Assembly (NCBI GenBank): GCA_036558545.1
Contig: DATBFJ010000074.1
Coordinates: 24,735 to 88,734 of the forward strand
Length of the DNA: 64,000 bases
DNA from: Candidatus Limnocylindrales bacterium
Lineage (GTDB): Bacteria > Chloroflexota > Limnocylindria > Limnocylindrales > CSP1-4
Direction of reading: 5' to 3'
The position numbers were made by a program, and so were the translations under genes. Positions 1-9,443 of the stretch are shown here, piece after piece; the first letter of the stretch is position 1, and every line of letters starts with the position of its first letter. The notes below the pieces were generated by a model, which saw nothing but the letters and a program-made list of their open reading frames with translations, did not search any database and had not been told where the DNA came from.

Positions 1-706
1 TGGTAGAAGACATACGAGAAGGCCTTGGTCCCGGCAACGAGCACCGGAAACGCGAGAATCAGTCCGACGGCAATCGCGCCGCCCAGAATGATCGCAACGA
101 CCTGTTTGTAGCGGCGCTCGGCAATCGCCGCGAGAGCAAATACGGGCCCCAGGAAAATCGGGTAGATCTTGGCCATGGCGCCAACGCCGAGCGCGAAGCC
201 CGTCCAGCCGGCACGTCCGGCGACCCATATCGCCAGCGCCACCGCGGACAGGAATGCTGGCAGGATGTCGAAGCGCCAGACGACGAGCGGAACGGCAGTG
301 AGCGCCAGCCCGACGAAGATCGCCGCGGCATCCATCGGTCGTTCGACCGACCAACCCTGCCGCGCGATCCACCAGACGATGAAGAAGGTCGCGACCGCAA
401 AGATGATGCTGATCACGCTGAACCACGTCTGGTACATGGGGTGCGAGAAGCCCGACAGGACGCGCGGAATCAGGATGTTCAGCACGGCGAGCGGTGGATA
501 TTCGCTGGGTACGTCGCGGTATGGCATCCCGCCGGCAACGATCTTCTCGGCAGTGGGCAGGAACGGCAGTGGGTCACCTTCGTGCGGGTGCCAGACGATG
601 ATCAGCAACGTCATGGCGATGCCCGCCGCGAGGTGAACGGCCGCAAGCATGCCGATTGGGCGTTCGGTGGTCGCCCAATTTGTCGCGCGCGAAGGAACGG
701 CGGTCA
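1..706 (-). CDS. Polytopic membrane protein, DUF2029/GT87-like glycosyltransferase family (5' part only; C-terminus lies beyond the window start)
   Basis: The minus-strand frame is open from an ATG at 704-706 to position 1. Its translation MTAVPSRATNWATTERPIGMLAAVHLAAG...WWIARQGW...YPIFLGPVFALAAIAE is hydrophobic and multi-TM, resembling PimE-like mannosyltransferases. The start overlaps the upstream NUDIX stop as ATGA. The ORF track omits it because no stop falls inside the window. Confidence 0.45.
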
Positions 707-1309
707 TGCGGAGTCGACCGGCCAGGTCGTCGGATGTGATCGGGGCATTGGTTCCACGGCTGGGTGTCTGAGTCGGAGCCAATCGTGGAGGGCCCACGCG
801 GTTGTCTGGAATGCAATATGTGGCCACGGGATTGCGCTCGCATCCCAAGCGCGAACGTCGAGGCTCTCCGAAGTCGGACTGGCTTCGCCACCGACTATCC
901 GCGCTTCCCAACACACCACCACAACGGCGGCCTGCGGCCGGCTATAGACACCGACGATCTGCGTGGGCTCGACCACGAGGCCCGTCTCTTCGAGCGTCTC
1001 GCGCGCGGCGCCTTCCTGGGCGGTCTCGTCGATCTCCAGGAAACCGCCTGGTTGGGCCCACTGCCCGTAACCGGGCTCGATCGCGCGGCGGATGAGGATG
1101 ATCCTGCCGTCGTCGGTGACCGGGATCGTGCTGACGACCAGACGTGGGTTGACGTAGGCGATGTAGCCACACGAAGGGCATGCGAGGCGGTCGCGCGTCT
1201 CTGCCTCGACCGGCCCGAACATCAACGGCTCGCCGCAGCGCGAGCAGTGATTGAGATTCGCGGCGAGCCAGTTCGGCACGCCGGGCAAATGGCCGCGGCG
1301 CTGAGTCAT
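704..1309 (-). CDS. NUDIX hydrolase with N-terminal zinc ribbon (NudC-like)
   Basis: Nudix box GGFLEIDETAQEGAARETLEETGL. Upstream CSRCGEPL...CPSCGY forms a CxxC...CxxC zinc ribbon. 201 aa. Confidence 0.8.
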   Translation of the reverse strand: MTQRRGHLPGVPNWLAANLNHCSRCGEPLMFGPVEAETRDRLACPSCGYIAYVNPRLVVSTIPVTDDGRIILIRRAIEPGYGQWAQPGGFLEIDETAQEGAARETLEETGLVVEPTQIVGVYSRPQAAVVVVCWEARIVGGEASPTSESLDVRAWDASAIPWPHIAFQTTAWALHDWLRLRHPAVEPMPRSHPTTWPVDSA

Positions 1310-1683
1310 TGCAGAAGCAGCGCGACGGCCAGTGCGACGCTCGCGATGAGGATTCCTACCAACACTGCTGCCCAGACGAATCGGAACAGCCCACGGTTTC
1401 GATCAACCGATAGCCAGGCCCAGGCCGAGCGCCAGACGCGCACGGCCGCGTCGGCGGAAATCGGCACGAGCAGGATACAGGCGATCAGGGCCGGTACACG
1501 CACTACGGCCGAATTCAGGTCGTTGCCGAACTCGAGGGCGCTGATTGCGACCACGCCACAGATGAGCACGACGATCGACAGGTAGATGAACCAGTCACCG
1601 AGCATTGGCGGACTGTTTTCTGGCACGCGTTGTGGCGGCTCGGGCCGGCGCGGCGGTGGCAATTCCTGGCGATGCAGCTCCAC
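1306..1683 (-). CDS. Small hydrophobic membrane protein, hypothetical
   Basis: 125-aa ORF with two predicted TM helices (LSIVVLICGVVAISAL, AAVLVGILIASVALAVALLL). It shares an ATGA overlap with the NUDIX start. No recognisable family. Confidence 0.35.
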   Translation of the reverse strand: MELHRQELPPPRRPEPPQRVPENSPPMLGDWFIYLSIVVLICGVVAISALEFGNDLNSAVVRVPALIACILLVPISADAAVRVWRSAWAWLSVDRNRGLFRFVWAAVLVGILIASVALAVALLLQ

Positions 1684-1721
1684 CGACGGAGTTTAGGTGC
1701 GCTCCGGTTACGATCCAGTTG

Positions 1722-2090
1722 ATGCCGAGTCAAGAAGACGTTGCGCGGATTGCCTCGTCACTGCCTGGGGCGACGCCGAGCGAAACGGATTCGTCTTTCC
1801 GCGTCAATGGACGTCTTTTCGTGTGGCCCTGGCCGGAGCGCGTCGATCCCAAGAGAGCGAAGGTGCTCAGCAAGGAAGTCGTGGTGGTCGCCGTCCGCGA
1901 TGAGATGGACAAGCAAACGCTGCTCAGCTCGGGCAACAGCGCCATCTTCACTGAGCCGCATTACGACGGCTGGCCGGACATCCTTCTTCGGCTTTCCGAC
2001 ATCGACGCTGGGCTGCTGGAAAGGCTGATTAGGGACTCATACGACATCGCCGTCGCGAAAGGCCCGCCAAAGGCTCGCCGAAAGGGCTGA
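1722..2090 (+). CDS. MmcQ/YjbR family DNA-binding protein
   Basis: Internal Met start gives ~122 aa. Motifs FRVNGRLFVWPW, VVVAVRDEMDKQ and FTEPHYDGWPDILLRL are typical of YjbR/MmcQ (DUF419). The upstream 39 codons of the track ORF are Ala-rich, so I treat them as non-coding extension. Confidence 0.6.
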   Translation: MPSQEDVARIASSLPGATPSETDSSFRVNGRLFVWPWPERVDPKRAKVLSKEVVVVAVRDEMDKQTLLSSGNSAIFTEPHYDGWPDILLRLSDIDAGLLERLIRDSYDIAVAKGPPKARRKG

Positions 2091-2093
2091 GCG

Positions 2094-2579
2094 CTAGACG
2101 AGGCGGTTGGTCGGATCTTCCTCGATTTGCCGGCGAGCGTCTGCACGCTGAGCTTGGACCGCCCCGGCGATCGAGTCGTTCGCCAGACCGAGCATCTGGG
2201 CAGCCAGCAGCGCCGCGTTCTCAGCCTGGCCTACGCCGACCGTGGCCACCGGTACGCCTTTGGGCATTTGAACGATGGACAGCAGCGCGTCGAGACCACC
2301 GGCGAGCTGTCCGGGCATAGGAATGCCGATCACCGGCAACGTGGTTTTCGATGCGACCACTCCTGGCAAGTGTGCCGCGAGGCCCGCCGCGCAGATGAAC
2401 ACTTTGGCGCCGCGCTGGATGGCGTCCGACACGTAGCTCTCGAGCAGGTCCGGGGCGCGGTGGGCAGAGATCACGCGCAATTCGTTGCGGATGTTCAGCT
2501 TTGTGAGCATGTCAGCGGCCTTTTGAACGACCTCGAGATCCGAGCGGCTGCCGACAATGGTCGCGACGAAGGGCTCCAT
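2094..2579 (-). CDS. purE: N5-carboxyaminoimidazole ribonucleotide mutase PurE
   Basis: Matches PurE end to end: [55 protein letters not shown]. 161 aa. Confidence 0.9.
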   Translation of the reverse strand: MEPFVATIVGSRSDLEVVQKAADMLTKLNIRNELRVISAHRAPDLLESYVSDAIQRGAKVFICAAGLAAHLPGVVASKTTLPVIGIPMPGQLAGGLDALLSIVQMPKGVPVATVGVGQAENAALLAAQMLGLANDSIAGAVQAQRADARRQIEEDPTNRLV

Positions 2580-2607
2580 GGGTGAAGCGTAGCGGTATCG
2601 TCAGGCT

Positions 2608-3363
2608 GTGACCGAAGGACCGATTGCAATCGTTTCGGCACTGCCGCAGGAGCTGGCACTGCTGCGCGACGCGACCGCGGATCTGGTTCCCGTTGACCTG
2701 GGTGGAATCTCCCAACGGGCTTGGCGCGGATCGTTGGACGGCCACCAGGTCGTGCTTGCCGAGTGTGGCATCGGCAAGGTCGGCGCGGCGATGCTCACGA
2801 CTGCACTGGTCATCGCCGCGCGACCGCGGATCCTCGTCTTCACCGGAGTGGCCGGAGGTCTGGACCCGCAACTCGACGTCGGCGACGTCGTGATCGCCGA
2901 ACGACTGATTCAGCACGATGCAGGGGTCTACGAACGGCGCGGCTTGGCCGTTTACCAGGCCGGGCATCTGCCATTCTTCGATGCGACTGATCAGCTGGGT
3001 TTCTTTGCTTCTCGAGAGTTACTCGGGCGGGTGTCCGATCGACTGGATGGCATCGAGCTGCTGCCCGTCCAAGGGCGGACGCCACGCATCACGTTGGGAC
3101 TCATTCTCACTGGCGATGTTTTCGTTAACTCAAGGGAGACGCGACACCGACTGTCACGCGAGTTGGGCGGTCAGGCAGTCGAGATGGAAGGCGCCGCTCT
3201 CGCGCAAGTTGCAGACCATCTTGGCGTGCCGTTTCTGGTCGTCCGCGCACTTTCGGATCTGGCCGGTGAGAACGCACCATCGCCAGAAGTCTTTGGCGAG
3301 TTTCTGACAACGGCGTGCACGAACAGTGCCCGAGTCGTGCGCCACCTGCTGCCGGTGCTCTAA
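2608..3363 (+). CDS. 5'-methylthioadenosine/S-adenosylhomocysteine nucleosidase family (PNP_UDP_1 fold; MtnN or futalosine-hydrolase-like)
   Basis: [36 protein letters not shown] and [10 protein letters not shown] are hallmarks of Pfs/MtnN-type N-ribosyl hydrolases. Confidence 0.75.
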   Translation: MTEGPIAIVSALPQELALLRDATADLVPVDLGGISQRAWRGSLDGHQVVLAECGIGKVGAAMLTTALVIAARPRILVFTGVAGGLDPQLDVGDVVIAERLIQHDAGVYERRGLAVYQAGHLPFFDATDQLGFFASRELLGRVSDRLDGIELLPVQGRTPRITLGLILTGDVFVNSRETRHRLSRELGGQAVEMEGAALAQVADHLGVPFLVVRALSDLAGENAPSPEVFGEFLTTACTNSARVVRHLLPVL

Positions 3364-4361
3364 TGGCCGACAGCATGAAGCTGATCATCGACTGCGACAC
3401 GGGCATCGACGACGCTCTGGCGCTGCTCTATGCGGTCGCATCACCGAACGTGGAGTTGATCGCTGTTACGTGTACGGCCGGCAACATCGAAGCCAAACAG
3501 GTGGCGATCAACTCGCGAGCTTTGCTGGAGCTCGTGCACCGGACCGACGTAGAGGTTGCGCTGGGCCGCGAAGTGCCGCTCGTTCGGCCGCTGATGATCG
3601 CGCCGGAGACGCATGGGCCGCGGGGTGTCGGATACGCCGAGTTGAGCGAGCCAAAAACTCCCGTCAGCAAACGTCACTCGGCGGACCTGATCATCGAGCA
3701 AGCGCACAAGGCACCGGGCGAAATCACGATGGTCACCCTTGCGCCACTGACGAACCTGGCCGTTGCGCTGATTCGCGAGCCGGAGCTGCCACGACTGCTG
3801 CGTGGCCTGGTCATGATGGCGGGTTCATACCGATCGTATGGGAACACCGCGCCTACCTCGGAGTGGAACGTCGCGGTCGACCCAGAAGCGATGCAGGTCG
3901 TCCTCGCCGGTTGGGAAGCCTGCGAAGGAGTCAGTCGGCCGGTCGCCCTTGGACTGGATGTCACCGAACGCGCGAAGATGACGCCCGTACACCTCGCCCG
4001 GCTGCGTTCTGCAGCAGGTGGCGACGAAGCAAACCCGGTCGTGAGGTTTGTCGAAGACGCGCTGCGCTTCTACATGGAGTTCCACAGCCGCTATGACGGC
4101 TTCTACGGCGCGTTCATTCACGACGCGCTTGCCGTCGCGAGCGCGCTCGATCCAGGTTTGATCAAGACCGAATCTTTGCCCGTAGAGATCGAGCTCAGCG
4201 GCAGATGGACGACCGGCGAGACCGTCACTGACTGGCGCCGCTCGTGGGGACGCCCGCCAAATCTCGATGTCGCCGTCAGCGCCAACGTCGATCTCTTCTT
4301 CGAGCGCTTCATCGAGCGCGTCGGAAGCCTCGCCGAGCACGCTGCGAACGTGGCAATCTGA
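3363..4361 (+). CDS. Inosine-uridine preferring nucleoside hydrolase (IUNH/Rih family)
   Basis: Start moved to the internal ATG at 3363, which overlaps the upstream TAA. KLIIDCDTGIDDALAL is the IUNH Asp cluster. TLAPLTNLAVAL and WNVAVDPEA are conserved family motifs. Confidence 0.85.
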   Translation: MADSMKLIIDCDTGIDDALALLYAVASPNVELIAVTCTAGNIEAKQVAINSRALLELVHRTDVEVALGREVPLVRPLMIAPETHGPRGVGYAELSEPKTPVSKRHSADLIIEQAHKAPGEITMVTLAPLTNLAVALIREPELPRLLRGLVMMAGSYRSYGNTAPTSEWNVAVDPEAMQVVLAGWEACEGVSRPVALGLDVTERAKMTPVHLARLRSAAGGDEANPVVRFVEDALRFYMEFHSRYDGFYGAFIHDALAVASALDPGLIKTESLPVEIELSGRWTTGETVTDWRRSWGRPPNLDVAVSANVDLFFERFIERVGSLAEHAANVAI

Positions 4362-4396
4362 ACGTCGGGCGGGAGCAAGTAGCAGGGAGAGCGGAG

Positions 4397-5275
4397 ATGC
4401 GCTGGATCTCGAGTCAGTTCACGACTCGCGTGATCGTTTTGATGCCGATCGCGATCGCCATCAACATCGTTCTTGGATACACGGTTCAGACAGTCCTGAA
4501 GCTGCCGATCTACATGGATTCGATCGGCACGATCTTCGTCGGCGTGCTCGCCGGCCCGCTCGCCGGTGCGTTGACCGGCGTGCTATCGAACTTGATCTGG
4601 CAGTACGCGCCGATCGTCGGCGGCGGCACGATCGGTCCGTTCGCGATTACCGCGGGCGTGATTGGCTTTCTCGCCGGCATCTGGGGCTACCTGGGCGTGT
4701 ACCGCTCGCGGCCCGCATCTGGGACACAGCTTCTGCTTGGCGCGATCGTCGCCGCCGCGATTGTGCTATTGGTGGCCTACCCGATCTTCAATAACCCCGC
4801 GTACACAAATCCGGACATCGGTGGCTATCCGGATTGGGTATTCACCGCGGCTGTCGTCATCGCCATCGTCGTTGCCATCGTCGTCGCTGGTTTCATCTAC
4901 CTCCGGCGCGATATGGCCGGCCTGTGGGTGGCATTGGCCGGCGTGATCACCGGAATTGTCGCCGCGCTGGTGTCTGCGCCGATCTCGGCGATCGTTTTTG
5001 GAGGAGTCACAGGGTCGGGCACGGACCTGATCGTCGCCGCGTTGCGCCAAGGTGGCTCCGACGTTCTGCAGGCATCGCTGGGCCAGGGACTGTTCAGTGA
5101 CCCGATCGACAAGCTGATCACGAGCTTCGTCGTGTTCATCATCCTGTCGAACCTGTCGTCGCGCTACCTCGCCCGATTCCCACTGGGCGACCGACTCATT
5201 CGAGCTGAACCTGCCACGATCGCTTCCGCTCCAGCGGCGACCAGCGTTCCCACTACGGATTCGGAGGACCAGTAG
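4397..5275 (+). CDS. ECF transporter substrate-specific (S) component-like integral membrane protein
   Basis: Start taken at MRWISSQF (ATG 4397). The first 51 codons of the track ORF are Arg-rich junk. The protein is ~290 aa, very hydrophobic and Gly/Ala-rich with 6-8 TM helices. It sits immediately 5' of ecfT-ecfA-ecfA'. Confidence 0.55.
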   Translation: MRWISSQFTTRVIVLMPIAIAINIVLGYTVQTVLKLPIYMDSIGTIFVGVLAGPLAGALTGVLSNLIWQYAPIVGGGTIGPFAITAGVIGFLAGIWGYLGVYRSRPASGTQLLLGAIVAAAIVLLVAYPIFNNPAYTNPDIGGYPDWVFTAAVVIAIVVAIVVAGFIYLRRDMAGLWVALAGVITGIVAALVSAPISAIVFGGVTGSGTDLIVAALRQGGSDVLQASLGQGLFSDPIDKLITSFVVFIILSNLSSRYLARFPLGDRLIRAEPATIASAPAATSVPTTDSEDQ

Positions 5276-5412
5276 TCGTCGACGGCACGGCAGCCCACGC
5301 GACGCGTGGGCTGCCCGACTTCGTAGCCCGAGCACAGCAAGGGCCGTATCGCAGCCTCAACCCGACGACCAAGCTGGTCATTGCCTTCACATCAGCCCTG
5401 ATCGCGTTCGGT

Positions 5413-6093
5413 GTGCGCGGCTGGACGGCGCCGCTCGTCATCCTGGCCATTTCGGTCTTCCTGATCATCCGGGCCGACGTCTTCAAGCGATACCTGCCCT
5501 ACCTCGCGGCAACAGGGCTGCTGCTCGTCTCAATCTTGCTCATCAACACCTTCCTGTACCCGGGCGCGACGGACGTGCTGTTCACCCTTGGGCCGTTCAG
5601 CGCGACGGGGACGGGGTTGGTGGCGGCGTCGCAGGCTGCGCTGCGCGTGCTGGCATTCGCGACTTCGGTCGCGCTCTTCGCACTGACGACGCGCACCGAT
5701 GAATTGGTCGACGACCTGGAGCGGCGCGGCCTGGGGCGTCGCGCGGCCTTCATCCTGACCACTGCCATCGGGACCGTTCCGCGACTGGCCGAGCGCGCGC
5801 GCGAGATCGTGGAGGCCCAGCGTTCGCGCGGCTTGAACACCGAAGGCGGCATCCGCGCGCGCGTTCGCGGCGTGCTGCCAGTCGCAGGGCCGCTCGTGCT
5901 GAGCGCCCTGACGGAGGTCGAGCACCGCGCGATGGCGCTAGAGGCACGTGCCTTCGTTGCGCCGGGCAAACGCACGGTCCTGCGTGCCTACCCGGATTCG
6001 CTGGCGCAGCGCACGCTGCGTTGGGGCCTGGTCGTGCTCACGCTCCTCCTGCTCGCGTTCGCCTTCAGCGGCAACCTGCTTTGGCTGCCATGA
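5413..6093 (+). CDS. ecfT: Energy-coupling factor transporter transmembrane (T) component EcfT (CbiQ family)
   Basis: TM-rich. Conserved EcfT coupling region ALRVLAFATSVALFALTTRTDELVDDLERRGLGRR...ERAREIVEAQRSRG (Ala-Arg-Gly/Ser motifs). GTG start at 5413. The frame stays open ~44 codons upstream with no canonical start, so the true N-terminus is uncertain. Confidence 0.75.
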   Translation: MRGWTAPLVILAISVFLIIRADVFKRYLPYLAATGLLLVSILLINTFLYPGATDVLFTLGPFSATGTGLVAASQAALRVLAFATSVALFALTTRTDELVDDLERRGLGRRAAFILTTAIGTVPRLAERAREIVEAQRSRGLNTEGGIRARVRGVLPVAGPLVLSALTEVEHRAMALEARAFVAPGKRTVLRAYPDSLAQRTLRWGLVVLTLLLLAFAFSGNLLWLP

Positions 6094-6109
6094 CCGGAGC
6101 GGCCCACAC

Positions 6110-6913
6110 ATGACGCTGTCTATGGCCGCGGTGACGTACAAATACGCGGGCTCGACTTCAGAGGCCCTTCGTGGCGTCAACCTGGCAGTCGAGCCCGGCC
6201 GGATAATTGGCCTTGTCGGCCCGAACGGCGCGGGGAAGTCAACGCTGTGCCTGTGCGCCGTCGGCCTCGCCCCCGGTGTCATTGGCGGCCAGCTGACTGG
6301 CGCGGTCAAGATCGATGGCCTCGATACGGCCAAGACTTCTGAGCACCAGCTTTCCCAGCACGCGGGGATCCTGTTCCAGGAGTCTCAGACCCAGATCACA
6401 AGCGGCACGCCGAGCGTGTGGGAAGAGATCGCATTCGGGCCGCGCAACTTGTCGCTGTCGCGCGACGAAGTGATCGAGCGCACATGGAACGCGGTGGATG
6501 CGCTGGGACTGAACGACATTGTCGGACGCGATCCGAACCGTTTGTCGGGCGGTCAAGCCCAGCTCGTGGCCCTGGCTGCGGTGCTCGCGCTCGGACCCAA
6601 ATATTTGGTGCTCGACGAACCAACATCTCAGCTGGATCCGCTGGGCACGCGGCTCGTCGGGGATACCCTCGCGCGGGCCGCCAAAGAAACCGGCGTTGGC
6701 GTGCTCATCGCCGAGCACAAGACGGACCTGCTCGCTCGAATGTGCGACGAGATCGCCGTGATCAACGCGGGCGCGATCGTCTCTCGCGGCTCGCCTGACA
6801 CGGTCCTCGCGGATCCGTCGCTGCGCGATTGGGGAGTCGCGCCGCCTGCTGAAGTGGCACTCCGCCAGAGCGTCGTGGCTGCCGGCCTGACCTGGCGTGG
6901 GGAATGGCCATGA
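6110..6913 (+). CDS. ecfA: ECF transporter ATPase EcfA
   Basis: Walker A GPNGAGKST, signature LSGGQ, Walker B LVLDEPTSQLD. Start moved to ATG 6110 (MTLSMAAVTYKY). Confidence 0.85.
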   Translation: MTLSMAAVTYKYAGSTSEALRGVNLAVEPGRIIGLVGPNGAGKSTLCLCAVGLAPGVIGGQLTGAVKIDGLDTAKTSEHQLSQHAGILFQESQTQITSGTPSVWEEIAFGPRNLSLSRDEVIERTWNAVDALGLNDIVGRDPNRLSGGQAQLVALAAVLALGPKYLVLDEPTSQLDPLGTRLVGDTLARAAKETGVGVLIAEHKTDLLARMCDEIAVINAGAIVSRGSPDTVLADPSLRDWGVAPPAEVALRQSVVAAGLTWRGEWP

Positions 6914-7734
6914 CCGGCATCGATCTTGCGACCGCGGGCCTGGGCTTCGTCTATCCAGATGGGACACGCGCCCTGTCGGACGTGTCCCTCTCGATCGCGG
7001 CGGGCAGTCGGGTGGCCATCATCGGCCAGAACGGCAGTGGCAAATCCACGCTCGTCCGCCACTTCAACGGCCTTCTCCGAGCGACAGAGGGTGAGGTAAG
7101 TGTGGCCGGCGAGCCGGTTGGCGAAACACACGTCGCCGAGCTGGCACGCAAGGTCGGGATCTCCTTTCAGAACCCGGATCGGCAGATCTTTTCCGCCAAT
7201 TCGCGCCAGGAGGTCGCGTTTGGGCCCAGGAACATCGGACTGCGCGGAGGCGAACTCGAGCGACGCGTCACGGACGCTCTGACACAGGTCGGCCTGCTTC
7301 AGATGGCGGAGGTGAACCCGTACGACCTTGGCTTTTCAGAGCGCAAGCTGCTGGCCCTTGCCTCGATCATCGCGATGGGTACGCCGGCGATCGTCCTCGA
7401 CGAGCCGACGACAGGCCAGGACGCAGACGGCGTGGCGAGGATCAAGCGCATCGTGGCTCAACTTTCCGACGAAGGCAGAACCGTGGTCGCGATCAGCCAC
7501 GATATGAACTTCGTCGCCGCGGCCTTCGAGCGCGTACTGGTCATGCGCGACGGCAAGCTCGTGCTCGACGGATCCGTCGACGACGTCTTCGGACAGCAAA
7601 GCTGGCCGACGCTCGAGTCGACATTTCTTGAGCCCCCGCTCCCGGCTCGGCTGGGAGCACGCCTGGGCTTGGGATCGACGCCCACGGCAGACGCCTTCGT
7701 CGAGGCTTTGCGGCGCGCTGGCGGTCCCGGCTAG
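6904..7734 (+). CDS. ecfA: ECF transporter ATPase EcfA' (second ABC ATPase)
   Basis: Walker A GQNGSGKST, Walker B IVLDEPTTGQD, H-loop ISHD. Overlaps the ecfA stop. Confidence 0.85.
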   Translation: MAMTGIDLATAGLGFVYPDGTRALSDVSLSIAAGSRVAIIGQNGSGKSTLVRHFNGLLRATEGEVSVAGEPVGETHVAELARKVGISFQNPDRQIFSANSRQEVAFGPRNIGLRGGELERRVTDALTQVGLLQMAEVNPYDLGFSERKLLALASIIAMGTPAIVLDEPTTGQDADGVARIKRIVAQLSDEGRTVVAISHDMNFVAAAFERVLVMRDGKLVLDGSVDDVFGQQSWPTLESTFLEPPLPARLGARLGLGSTPTADAFVEALRRAGGPG

Positions 7735-7780
7735 CATTGACTCGATTTGGGGGATCTGAGCGGGAGGTAGGTAGGCCCTC

Positions 7781-8017
7781 ATGATTCAACGGTTCATCGG
7801 CGGTGCCGTTGGCGCACTGGTCACCATCGCGATCCTGTGGTGGAACCAGGTCGACGTGTCGCTGGCGGCCACGGCCGCCGTAGTTGGCGCCCTCGCGGCC
7901 TTCTTCTGGCCGATCGTCGTGGGCTTCTTCCTTGCTCGTCGCGTAAAGCAACGCCGCGAGGACGAGATCCAGGCCGAGGTTGCGCGGCAGATGGCGCAGC
8001 AGAACCCGCCGCGCTAA
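7781..8017 (+). CDS. Small membrane protein, hypothetical
   Basis: 78 aa with two hydrophobic helices and a basic tail (RRVKQRREDE). No family recognised. Confidence 0.35.
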   Translation: MIQRFIGGAVGALVTIAILWWNQVDVSLAATAAVVGALAAFFWPIVVGFFLARRVKQRREDEIQAEVARQMAQQNPPR

Positions 8018-8517
8018 TCGCGTTCGACGAGCTCAACCTCCGAAACGGCGCCATCGACGATCGACCACGCCCTGACGTCAGGCTCGTCCATGTTGCTGAG
8101 CGAACACACCACGTACAGCGAGTCGGGGTAAAAGGCGAGGCCTATATCGGTTTGTGACGGCCGTGCGGGCGACGCGACGTGTGAATGGACGATTGCCCAC
8201 ACGACCTCGTCGGCGTCGTCCAGGTCCATCCACAGGCGTAGCTGCTCCTGGGGATCAATCAGATAGCGATAGGGTGACTGCGCTGCGTTGTGCAGCGAGA
8301 TCCACCGGGTCGGCACGCCTCCTGCGGCCCAGTACCTGTCCGCCACGAGAACGCCGCACGCCTCGTTGGGGACGCCAGCGCGAAGCGCGTCGAGTAGTTC
8401 TGCCCTGATCGCCGCAGGCAGCAGCGCGCTCGCACCGCTATCAGCGACGGACGCGGGGTCGCGCTTGACCTGCGCCCACTCCTCCGGTGTGGGCACCATG
8501 TCGCGTTCGTTCACCAC
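8014..8517 (-). CDS. mec: JAMM/MPN+ metalloprotease Mec (CysO-cysteine/sulfur-carrier peptidase)
   Basis: JAMM motif EACGVLV ... HSHVASPARPSQTD (E...HxHx7Sx2D). Position directly after cysM-cysO mirrors Mycobacterium mec-cysO-cysM. Confidence 0.8.
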   Translation of the reverse strand: MVNERDMVPTPEEWAQVKRDPASVADSGASALLPAAIRAELLDALRAGVPNEACGVLVADRYWAAGGVPTRWISLHNAAQSPYRYLIDPQEQLRLWMDLDDADEVVWAIVHSHVASPARPSQTDIGLAFYPDSLYVVCSLSNMDEPDVRAWSIVDGAVSEVELVERD

Positions 8518-9443
8518 AGATTCAGGTTCTCGACGGAATCGTCGTCGAGGTCGCGCGACCAGACATCCTCGGACAGGTACTTCCAGCCCCCGTCGGCCAG
8601 CAGCGCGACGATCGTCCCTGACGCCATCTGCTCCGCCACGCGACCTGCAACGGCCAGCACCCCACCGGACGAAACGCCGGCAAAGATTCCCTCGAGCTTG
8701 GTGAACCTGCGCAAGGTCTCAATCGATTCGGCCGTCGTGACCAGGAAGCGGCCGTCCAACACCGTCGCGTCGAACACTTCGGGCACGAACCCATCTTCCA
8801 GGGAGCGAAGGCCCTGCACCATCTCGCCGGGCAGCGGTTCAGCCGCGTAGATCTTCACGTCCGGCCTGACTTCATGCAGCCGCTGACCCACACCAGTCAG
8901 CGTCCCGCCGGTTCCCAGGCCGGCAACGAAGACATCGATCTCCGGGCACTCGTCGATGATCTCCACGGCCGTCGTTTCGTAATGCGCCGTTGGGTTCGCC
9001 GGATTGGCGTACTGATCGGCCATCACGAAACGCGGGTCCTGGGCGGCCATCTTGCGCGCGAGCGCCACCGCGCCATTCGATCCAAGCTGAGCCGGCGAAT
9101 CTATGATGGTTGCTCCGTAGATCTCGAGGAGTTCGCGGCGTTCGCGCGTGACGTTCGCGGGCATGACAACGGTCAATCGCCAGTCCCGTAGCCGGCAGAT
9201 CATGGCCAGCGAGATGCCTGTATTGCCGGAGGTTGGCTCGAGGATCATCGAGTCGGGTTTCAGCCGCCCCGAGGCCTCCAGGGACTCAACCAGATAGCGC
9301 GCGACGCGATCCTTCACGGAGCCGGTCGGGTTGAGGCCCTCGAGCTTGACGTAAAGATGTACGTCCCGGTTTGGGCAGAAGCGCGGTACCTCGACGAGCG
9401 GCGTATGGCCGATCGCTTCGAGCAGCGACGAGTAGCGGCTCAA
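8511..9443 (-). CDS. cysM: O-phosphoserine sulfhydrylase / cysteine synthase B CysM (CysO-thiocarboxylate dependent)
   Basis: PLP-fold motifs KLEGLNPTGSVKDR, TSGNTGISLA, GLGTGGTLTGVG. From memory, it aligns along its length with M. tuberculosis CysM. TTG start overlaps the cysO stop. Confidence 0.85.
   Translation of the reverse strand: MSRYSSLLEAIGHTPLVEVPRFCPNRDVHLYVKLEGLNPTGSVKDRVARYLVESLEASGRLKPDSMILEPTSGNTGISLAMICRLRDWRLTVVMPANVTRERRELLEIYGATIIDSPAQLGSNGAVALARKMAAQDPRFVMADQYANPANPTAHYETTAVEIIDECPEIDVFVAGLGTGGTLTGVGQRLHEVRPDVKIYAAEPLPGEMVQGLRSLEDGFVPEVFDATVLDGRFLVTTAESIETLRRFTKLEGIFAGVSSGGVLAVAGRVAEQMASGTIVALLADGGWKYLSEDVWSRDLDDDSVENLNLW

Noticed and set aside
59-1170. Multiple overlapping ORFs on both strands (59-400, 169-636, 441-947, 574-891, 764-1585, 802-1095, 895-1170)
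   Set aside because: They are Arg/Ala/Pro-rich translations typical of antisense or out-of-frame reading of high-GC coding DNA. The minus-strand membrane protein (1-706) and the NUDIX gene (704-1309) explain the region. The same logic applies to the many short Arg-rich ORFs listed throughout the window.
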